A DNA stretch of 64,000 bases. Origin: Camelus ferus (lineage: Eukaryota). The stretch lies in contig NC_045696.1 in the NCBI RefSeq assembly GCF_009834535.1, positions 85,190,001-85,254,000 of the forward strand, written 5' to 3'. The first letter of the stretch is position 1, and the number at the start of each line of letters is the position of its first letter. This document shows positions 28,850-38,626 of this stretch, piece after piece. The position numbers were made by a program, and so were the translations under genes. Below the pieces are notes generated by a model. It ran no database searches. It was not told the DNA's origin and was given only the letters and a program-made list of their open reading frames with translations.

Positions 28850-29449
28850 TGAAACAGAAAAATGGTGTGTGAGAGGGTGGCCATGTCTCAGGTCTCAGTT
28901 GAATCCCTGGTTCCTGCCCTGCCAAATGAGGGTCCTTGGCTTTGCACAGGAAAGAATCCAAGAGTGAGCCTTGGTAGAATGAAAGTAGATTTATTCAGAG
29001 AGATACATACTCCATAGACAGAGTGCAGGCTGTCTCAGGGGGCCAGAGAGTCCATGAGGCATGGCTGGGGCAGGGGGTGTGTTTTGTAGAAATACATTCC
29101 ATAGATGGAGTGCAGGCCACCTCAGAAAGCAAAAGAGAGCAACCACGAGGTGTGGGGTTTGTACATTTTTATGGGCTCAGTAATTTCATCTGCTAACAGG
29201 TAAAGGGATTATTCCAACTACTTTGGGGGAAGGGTCTGGGATTCCCAGGAATTGGGTCATCACCTACTTTTTGACCTTTTATGGTCAACCTTGTAACTGC
29301 CATGGCACCTACAGGAGTCCCATTTAGCAGCTAATGTATTACAATGAGCATATGATGAAGCTCAAGATGGTGAATCTTTCACCATCTTGGTGCTAATTGC
29401 TATGTCATTCTTTCAGTGGTTGTACCCTCCTCTTTTCCCTCCTGTCTCA
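28850..29449 (-). mobile_element. ERV1-type solo LTR (copy B, related subfamily)
   Basis: TGAAACAG...CCTGTCTCA termini; shares ACTCCATAGACAGA, GGATTATTCCAACTA and ACCTACTTTTTGACCTTTT with copy A. Confidence 0.88.
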
Positions 29450-29934
29450 CCACCATTCACTCTCCTTTGACTCCAAGAAATCTTTGTTTTACCTCCTACT
29501 GAAGTAGGAGTGCCTGTCACTGCCTGCAGGCGCTTCCGTATTAGGTGCAGCCATACTCTTAAAGAATTGTGTTGCTTGTAGGGTTGAGCACTTTTCAAAT
29601 TCTAAATACCCAATACCTCACCTGCCACATCCAGGTTTGAATGCCTAGTCTTTCTGCTCCAGAGACTTGTTCAGATTTACTCTGATTAAGAATATTTCCC
29701 CTTTTGCCAGAATTGTTGGAAACCTATTCTTATTCAACAGTCTATTGAGGACTTCAGAAAATTGCAAAAACAAACAAACAAACAACAAACAAGCAAAAAA
29801 CTTCCCCCCAAAACTACATTCTACTAGTTACATTCAGTTACTCCACTTCTGGGAAAATAAACTAAGAAAATAAGCCAAAGTTACAAAAATGCCAACTGTA
29901 ATAGTATTTACGTTAAAAAATTAGAAAATGGTTT

Positions 29935-30100
29935 ATTACTTGTGTGATTTTTGGTAAGTTACTAAAGCCCTTTGTGGCTAAATTTCCTGAACCATAAAAT
30001 TGGGATAATAATAGTACTTACTTAAAAGGTGGTTTTGAGTTTTAAAACAGTTAATATATTCAAAGTGCTTAGGAAAGTGTTTGCAAATTATTATTATCTT
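29935..30100 (+). mobile_element. MIR
   Basis: TGTGTGATTTTTGGTAAGTTACT...ATAAAATTGGGATAATAATAGTACTTAC...AAAGTGCTTAG. Confidence 0.8.
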
Positions 30101-31678
30101 CATATAAGTAACAACAGTACAATAAATTATGGTGTAATCATTGATAATATATCTCTCAGTCATTACAATATTTTAATAAAAATTAATATTATGAAATAAA
30201 ATTTAAAAATAGGAAAATCATAATAACAATTTGACTATTATTATATATAACTATAAATGTAACTGTGTATTTTGAGTTTTAAAAAGCTAGAATGGAATAC
30301 ATCAAGTGATATTTCCCATCTTTGTGAAATGTAAAATATTGGGTATTTTTTGTAACCATATTTTCTTTATAGAAGGCATTGTTCTTATAAAAAATTAGAA
30401 GTATTTATAAAACATAAGGGCATTTTTGTGCCATGAATATGCCTAAGGAAGACTAACATACAATACGGGATGATTATTTCCCAAACTGTCTCAAAACTCC
30501 TTCAATGCTGCTAAGTAGAAAACAACCAGACCAGTGGTAACTGTTATAGTGAAACATTAAAAGCAAAAAGCCTCTGTAAGAGACTAACAGAAAATGTTCA
30601 CAGTCAAGACCATAAGGGGTGCCTTGCCAGAGTTTCAGCTTATATGGTTGCAAAACCTCAGCGGTATGAATGTTGTGTCATGCATCTGTGGTATTTCAGG
30701 AGTGTTACTTACAGGGCATTCTCAACATCTAACAGCATGATCATTAACCATCAAGGCTGTCAGGTAACAGAATAGTGCTTGTCTACTAAGCCTGAAACAA
30801 GACTCACTGCCTGCGACCATCCTTCTGCTGGCTCCATGTGAAAAAAATAATGACATCACAGAAGTAAAGTAGCAGCTGTATGTTGAGGCACAAAGGAAGA
30901 AATCCTCCAATAAGACAGGAAGAAGAAATGCACTGCAGTAATGCATCAAATAATGTGACATACCTGAGAAATCATGGTGACAAATGAACTGAAGAGACAG
31001 TTAACTAGAGATGGTTCACTGAAACAAAGATATCGGACGGAAGAAAAATTGCCAGATTCTGTAATCAGTTATTGTTGCTAGTCACCTAGTTTAAATATGT
31101 GTTAAAGATTAAAATCTTCTTGTAATGGATTATTTTATTGTTTCGCTTCCCATTTAAAGATGAAAACCAAGTATGTATATATGTGATATATTTTCATTGT
31201 GGTGAGGGGTATTAAGAGCATGGAAACTGCTCTGCTTAACTCAGTAACATCAAAAGCATCCCTCAGCAATTGCAGGGTTTGGGAATAAGACCAACCACAT
31301 GCCCACATAGAAAACAATTAGTGGAGCTGTGTGGCAGGAAAGAATTTTGACATTTGGATAAAAAAGTAACATATATTAAACTAATGAACTCTCTTTCACA
31401 TGGGTCACCAGAGTGACTATATTTTAAACAGAAATACCATCACTTAAGTACCCACTGCAGAACTGTCAGTGTACCATGTCTGAAAAAAAAACCTTTTTTT
31501 TTCCTTTTAGATAGACCATACATTCTATAACTTTGTGTAACTAGGTTGTCATTACAATGAACTATATTCAAAACACAATATGAATCATTGTGATTGTGAA
31601 AGTCATTGCTTAATAAATGCCTGCTAAGCAGCAATTTTCCCAGGAAAGAGAACTTTAAAAGACCAAAGTGGCTACTAT

Positions 31679-32065
31679 TGTTACCAAAAAATTGGCCTCT
31701 GCACCATGGAAAGTGAATTAGAGCTCGGAGGCAGAGTTTTGGGAGCAAAGAAAAGAGCAGCTTCATTGCCTTGCCGGGCAAAGGGAGTCACAGCAGGATA
31801 ATGCCTTAAAGGCATTATCTAGGGGTTGGGGTCTTAACCCCTTTTGTAGAAAAACTGGAAGGAACAGAAAAGGTGATAACAATCAGCACTACATTCCTCT
31901 TCACCTTAATGAATCATCAGGAGGAACTCTGGAGGTCTGTCCATTCTTCTGAGATTATCAGCCTGTTATCTCCTTCCTGGAGCATAACCTCTGGGTTAAA
32001 GTTATTCTCAGCAAACAGTTTCGCATCAGGGAAGTCAGTTGGTTAGTTTGCTTTATACTCCTTCA
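31679..32065 (-). mobile_element. ERV1-type solo LTR (different family), 387 bp
   Basis: TGTTACC...CTTCA termini with exact 4-bp TSD CTAT (31675-31678 and 32066-32069); CAGAGTTTTGGG...GCCTTGCCGGGCAAAGGG resembles artiodactyl LTR U5/R sequence. Confidence 0.75.
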
Positions 32066-32089
32066 CTATCTTGGAAAGAGTTGACATGA

Positions 32090-32290
32090 AATGACACCAG
32101 ACAAATCTAGGTTAAAATTCTGATTCCAGGAGGAATCAGATATATACAGCCAAGTTTCTGATCTTTAGGAAGCTTTAGTGTCCTCATCTGAAAATGTGGT
32201 TAGTAATATTTAACTCATATATTGCCAGAATAAAACAAAATAATTTATATATACTGTCAATTATAATGACATGCACAAAATAGTACTAAT
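32090..32290 (+). mobile_element. MIR (degenerate)
   Basis: CAGACAAATCTAGGTTAAAATTCTG...TCCTCATCTGAAAATG. Confidence 0.6.
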
Positions 32291-32535
32291 AACAAATGGC
32301 AATCTTACATTTGCATGTTTGAAATTTTAAACACTATGTTTAAAAAAACAAAAACAGTATGCTTTAAAAACAAAAAATGGCCCTACCTACAATTGCATGC
32401 CTACCTGTTAGTCCACAGTGAGCCCAAAAATGAGACTTTAAAGTGAAAGTGATCATTTGCATTTGCGAGAGAAAGAATGTAACGGCGTTGAAAAGTCAAG
32501 TATTAAACAGTTAACAAAAAAGGGTTTGTTTTTGT

Positions 32536-32537
<2 letters not shown>

Positions 32538-32579
<42 letters not shown>
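32538..32579. repeat. (GTT)14 microsatellite
   Basis: Counted directly. Confidence 0.95.
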
Positions 32580-33169
32580 CTTTCATTTTCCCAAATACCT
32601 AATTCAAGGAAGATAAGCCTGAGAGACATAAATACCTCCTGGAGAGTTCCACCACGTTCAGCTGACAAATATGTCTTTTCTGTAAAGTTTAGTGACGACT
32701 CTTCAGTGTATTTTCCTTGTCTAGACCAGAAAATCGTGGCTTCTCGTTACACTTGACTGCCTGCAGGGTCGCTGATTGGGGAATCACCAACATTGAGTTC
32801 CGTGTAATTTAAATGAGTGCTGGGGCGTGGAGGTTGGCAGGACATACATATTAAAGACGTTCATTCATTAATACAACTAGTCCTTTGATTTTCTTAGCTT
32901 TACCTACAGAGTAATTATTTTGTTTCCTGTTTAATCTTTTACACTCCTTTATAACTACATAATCGGCACAGATCGAAGGAACAAAGATTTCAACAACAGC
33001 ACTTCTTTAAAACAACATGTATATCTTTAAATCAAAAAGAGCATAACAAAGATGTATGTTCCATAAAAGAGGAAAAAATCGTAAAAGTTCTGGTTATGTT
33101 AAAAAAAAAAAAACTATTTTCTGTTCAGTTTCAACGTCTGTTACAGAAGGTTCTGTATTTTTTCCCCTC

Positions 33170-33335
33170 CACTTTTAGATAAGCGCCGGCAATCATAAGC
33201 CTGCCTCGGTAATACTTTTGTAAATGAACTACCACTGCATTCATACTATTAGCCTCTGAACAGATGTCAGAAACGGAAGATTGGCTGCCTCTAGATCAAG
33301 TTGCTGTTGCCAACTCTCGCGAGCTTTGTCAGTAA
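33170..33335 (+). promoter_or_regulatory. BCHE proximal promoter, TATA-less
   Basis: Directly upstream of exon 1: AGATAAG (GATA, 33177-33183), CAGATG E-box (33261-33266), CGGAAG ETS core (33274-33279), reverse CCAAT box ATTGG (33280-33284), TCTCGCGAG (33315-33323). Confidence 0.7.
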
Positions 33336-33454
33336 CAGTTGATTGTAATGTCAGTGCGGTCCAATTTACAGCCTGGAGCAGCAGCTGCCTACTGCATTTC
33401 CCTGAAGTATTGCATGGTTTCCACTCCCTGCAAACTTTATCATCAGTGAGTCGG
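33331..33454 (+). other. BCHE: BCHE exon 1 (5' leader); start approximate
   Basis: AGTAACAGTTGATTG...CCAATTTACAGCCTGGAGCAGCAGCTGC...CAAACTTTA closely matches the recalled human BCHE mRNA 5' end, and is followed by donor CGG|GTAAGT at 33455. Confidence 0.9.
33348..33449 (+). other. Upstream ORF in exon 1, 33 aa: MSVRSNLQPGAAAAYCISLKYCMVSTPCKLYHQ*
   Basis: Translated by hand: ATG 33348, in-frame second ATG 33414, TGA 33447-33449. Confidence 0.75.
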
Positions 33455-36400
33455 GTAAGTTGCTCTTAATTTACATCCTCGTGTAGAGATGCAAGTTACT
33501 GTGAAGCTCATTCTGTAGGAGGAATGTGAACACTTCACGTGTTTGCTGTGCCCCTTTGCTGCTCTGTTGGGGGCGACAGTCATTGTAAATGGGACAGAGG
33601 GAGCAAGGGAGCAGCTACTTGCATCAAATCTTTCTGTTATTCGGGGAACGCAGACTGGGTCCATATAACTGCTAAGGAAATAATGGATTTATTCAACTTT
33701 GTATAAAGGAACTTAGCACTTGTGGAATCACTGTGATGTATGTTCCTAATGCAACCCCTGAGGAAAAACATTTTATATGCTGTTTTTTACCCTTAAATGC
33801 ACTGTTTAGTGAATTTCTCCCTAAAAGAGTAAAAAAGTGGTTTTTGATTCTGTGTTTTTTCTTCTTCTCTTTTTTAAAAGTGGCTTAAAATGAATAGTTC
33901 TCTTATTGTCTGGCTTTATACAGTACTTTCTTAATCAGCATTTTGCCATCTGAAACAAACAGTATCAATTGGCAAAGGAAAGGTCTGCTTCTTTTATTTA
34001 AAAGGAAAATCTATTTCCTGATTTGATTTATAAACTTTTGTCCCTTTTGCCCTGTTTGTCCTCTTTCTTTTAATATGTGTGTTATTAGCAAAGTATTTTA
34101 CATTTGCTCTTATTTGTATTATTATAGAAACAATAAACAAATATCGACTTTCTGGTTATCCTTTAATTTTGTAAATCTACTTCTGTTTTGATGATATTAG
34201 TTCTTGTTTAACCAGAAGATTAAGCATTGAGTATAAAATATATGAAAAAGTAACCTGAAATATGAACAAAATTATATCATTATTTCTGATTTCTATTTAT
34301 AATTTTTAAATTTTTAATGAATATATTGCATGATAATAAACTTAATTGGGAGTTATTTTCACTAGTCTGTATAATCCTTTCCATAATATAAACTATCTTA
34401 TAGCTATGATAAATATATTTCCCTTATATAAATACGTAGTTACTTTAAGGTTAAGCATAAGCTTTTAAAGGGTGGCTTTCATTTTAATGACAATCTTTAG
34501 AATTCTCTGTGAACTTGAAATAATGTGGTCTTTTGGATGCAAATTAAATTTCTAACTGGATTTACACAGTTCTGTTTTATTCTCCTAGATTTGTTGCTGT
34601 TGTTGCTTGTTTTTAATGTCCTGCTTCTTTAATTGGATGAAAATATTTGGGATCTACTCCACATTTCAGTCTTTAAAATAGAAGCTAACATCTTAGCAAA
34701 TGGCATCTTATTTACAAATTTCTTGGCAACAATTAATAATATATATTTAAATTGCGTGTTGGCTTCCCTTTAATCCTTTCATGCCATAATCTGCTCATTT
34801 TTATCAAAACTGGACTGTCTCAAATGTTAGAGAATGATAATCGAATAGATGTCAAGCAGAGAACAGACTGAACTTTCAAAGAAGACCCAAGATATCTGTC
34901 TAATACTAAATGTTCAAATTAATCGCACAGTGAAAAGTTTGTGAATGTTCTTCCTGAATGAGGACAGACACAGACCTGATTCTCATACCTAACATAGTGT
35001 CTTCTGTCTGTACACATCCTTTTAGTGCTGATTGGGTATCTGGAGGATCCCTGAAAGACAGTGGTATAGTCTATTTATAAAGAGACTTCCTCACTTCCCC
35101 ACTTCACTTAGCCTACAACAAAACAAGCTTTTTAGGTTGGTATAAAGGCTTAGTTGTTTTAATTTGATACATTTTAGTTGTGCTTGTTCTGGATCATATT
35201 GTCTAGATGGCTCTTTCCCCACCATGTTGTGTCCTTAATTTAACATAGAAATATATATTCTAACTTTTTAAAAGACAGGAAAATTACACTCAGAGAATAA
35301 TATTGTCAATATTGACTTGACCAACCTTTAAGAAGTCCTTGGCTAGCCAATTATTTTGAACATTTGATTGAGATCCAATTATGAGAAGTACATGGCAAAT
35401 AAAGAACTCTCTATATCAATAATAGTATTACACCCATATCTTATAGCATAACATTACATATTTTTTAAATCAATTGAGGAATTTCGATACTAATTTCAAA
35501 ACTGAATTAAAAATAGGAAAAGATAGCAAAAGATAGGAAATGATTTTTTTGCCTTTTTTAATTTTTAAGTTTTTGTTTTATGTTTAGAATATTTTCCCAA
35601 AATTGTCCGTAGATTTTGATATCCTAGAGCATTTGATAAACTTGGACCCTGCCGTATTCATTAGCTTTCAGGTTCTTCCATCTTCCTAGCCCCATCATTC
35701 ATTTTCTTTTGTAATTCCAAACAAAAACTCCTCCCTTTGATCAAATATTAAAGATCATGACAATAAGTTAATTAATCTAAGTTCAGATACTCAGTTGTAT
35801 TTGGTGTGAAAATTTACTCCATTTTTTGTGACAAGCATGTTTAGTATTCTCAGAGTTTAAACTGTTTATTTAACTGCCAGTGGTCAATTCACACCAGAAT
35901 TTATAGCAGGAAATAATGAAGTTTTATCTAATATTTTAATTATTAATAAAGATTAAAGATATAGACTAATAACATTTCTTAGTGTTCTTTATTTATCTTT
36001 CATTCAATTACTTAATCATGTGATAATATATATTAAAAACATAAAAGCTAAAACTACAGAGCAACGTATTAGACTAGAGAATACCAGATTATGAAAAGAC
36101 CAATGCAATGCTTACTTAAACAAAGTACTGCACCTAAATATAAAAAGATTAGCCTACACTAGCAATGAGTATGTGAACCTAAGCATATTTTCATATTAAA
36201 ACCTAGATTTAATAACATGCTATATAACAGTCTCCAAAAGGTAGCACAAAGGTGAGTTGGAATTATATCATAATTCTTGAAATGAACAGAAGCTAACAAC
36301 GGCTTTTTTGAATGTTACTAATTACATTTTTCACAATTACAAGGTGTAATTACTTGTATTACTAATAACAAGGTGATGACTCATAGATACTATTGCTGAA

Positions 36401-36841
36401 AAAGTAATATTATTCGTATAAATCATATTATATAACATTAAGTTCTACTCAGCACAAAATATAAATAAAAACATACAAGTAGTTATGTAAATCAAACTAA
36501 GTGACATGGGAATGATATCACAACCTTTTAGATATTATAGGACCACTTTTTAACATACACAGTGAAAACTGTTATGTATATTAATTACATACAAAATCAA
36601 AATATTTTGGTATTAATTTTATATTTGCTGTGCAAAATATAAATTTCATTAGTAAGTGTCAAGTTTATAGTAACCTTTATATTATTATGATGATTTATTT
36701 AATATTTTTAGAAGATAACAAATTACATTTATTGTGATTATAATGATAGTATATAAATAGTGTTAAATATTATATACATCAATAATACGTTTTATTGGTA
36801 TTAGCACAAATTCAGTTGTATCAAAATTGGGAACACTAATT

Positions 36842-36975
36842 ATGTATAGATATATATGTGTATATATATGCATAAACCTATGGATAGTTATAGAATTGGG
36901 TATAGATACAGGCACAGCCATAGACATAGACAGAGACAGAGACAGAAACAGAGGTAGAGGTAGAGATATATCCAT
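36842..36975. repeat. Compound low-complexity tract (TA, ATAGAC, AGAGAC, AGAGGT units)
   Basis: Direct inspection. Confidence 0.7.
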
Positions 36976-37498
36976 AAGTACTGGACACTGAACAAAATAG
37001 TGTACACAATGAATTCATTTATTTAGATATTTGGAGGCAATCAGAAAATACTTTTTGATTGCCAGCTATCCTGAGCAGTGAATATGAAGACCCTAAATCT
37101 GGGACAATTATCAAGATAGTGCTCTGAAGGCAATCTAAATTTAAAAAAGAAAAAAAAAAACTGATACAAATTCTCAGTGGTGACAGTATTAGCTTCTTGG
37201 ACAAATAGTTTGTATTTATAATTACAGTATCAAAACATAATAAAATATTTTATACATTTATGGACCTTTGCTATGTGGATGAGAATTAGTATTTGTATTT
37301 GACAGTTTTAAGCAGGTTTTCTTTCTTCTTTCAGCTGTATGAAGATGTTAGTTCTTTCAAATTATACCTTCATTACATTTTTCTGTTCCTCTTTGTCACT
37401 TAGAGTTTCAGAATCTGATTTAATTTTTTTATTTAAAAGAATCTCAAGTGTGCATTATGACTTTTTAATAAACTCTGATCTCCCCAAATAGTCTCTTT

Positions 37499-37553
37499 AT
37501 TTCATCAAATAAATATTATTATATATTATCAAATAATATTTATTTGATGAAAT
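37499..37553. repeat. Perfect inverted repeat, 22-bp arms, 11-nt spacer
   Basis: ATTTCATCAAATAAATATTATT (37499-37520) and AATAATATTTATTTGATGAAAT (37532-37553). Confidence 0.95.
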
Positions 37554-38626
37554 GTCAAATAGTAATGATTGGGTAAGTCTCAAATACTACTTTTGCTTCC
37601 CCCCATTTTTCTCAATAATTCTCAGTTTTAGTCCTTTTATTTCACTCATTTTGTCCACTATCAAAATACAGGTAAATCTGACCATGCTAACATGTTTAAC
37701 CTCCCTAGTTGCACAGATTTTCTCCAATTAACAAATTAACAGACATGCATAGAGTAACCCCTTGAGTGTAAAATTTCTTCTAAGTCAGCTTCTTCTCCCA
37801 CACATTACTTTCTCAGCCAGTTTCTCCACTGACAATATAATTCAGGTAGGAAAGCCCTTCATGGTTATTTAGTTTCAGAGAAATTGTCTGGTATACATCC
37901 ATGGCTTTCCCTTTCCAATTTTACCCATAGGCCTTTATAGCGATCGCAAATTTGTTAGTTTTCACAATTTGTAGAATAAATAACAGCTAGTGTATTTTTT
38001 TTCCTTAATATTCTGTGAATAGCTTGTCCAAATTCTCTTCTGACCATAGACTGCGATTGTTTAGAGGAAGAAACCACTAAGCAAAAAGGAGCACAGAAAG
38101 GATTGTGGAAACAGAAAAAGACAATAATAGAGGATCCTCCAAGGTTCTTAACCTACTTCCCAGTTCTGTCAAGAGCCAGCCAGCCATGATTAGAACTGTA
38201 TATATTTCAGACAACACATGAGCCTGTATTTCCTGCTCTAACCATGGTAGAAATTTTATCTATTAATATCTATCATAAGTAGACTACCACTTAATGCCAT
38301 CTTCGGTGGTGCTGTGTGTGGTATACACACATACTTATGCCTGGGACAAACTTCCTCCTTGAAATACTAAATCTTACACAAATTTGAAAATAAATCATTC
38401 CAAAGTAAAATAGTTTCTAATTTTCCCTTTCACTTATTTCTTTTCTAAATTGAAAACTGAAATATCTCCAACCATATTCTACTTTATGTAAACCTTCATA
38501 GCAATAGCAGATTTATTATTTTTCGTAATTTGTAGGATTAATAAGAACTACTATATTTTAGTTAATTATCATCAATAAAATATAATATCAGACACTGTTA
38601 AAACTGCCTGCTTACCTCTTTTTCAG

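Larger units (their letters stand above)
33455..38626 (+). other. BCHE: BCHE intron 1 (5172 bp)
   Basis: GT...AG boundaries between exon 1 and exon 2. Confidence 0.88.

Noticed and set aside
28319..29449. Provirus or CRISPR-like array
   Set aside because: No PBS or gag/pol/env between the LTRs; the repeats are imperfect LTR-internal units in eukaryotic DNA.
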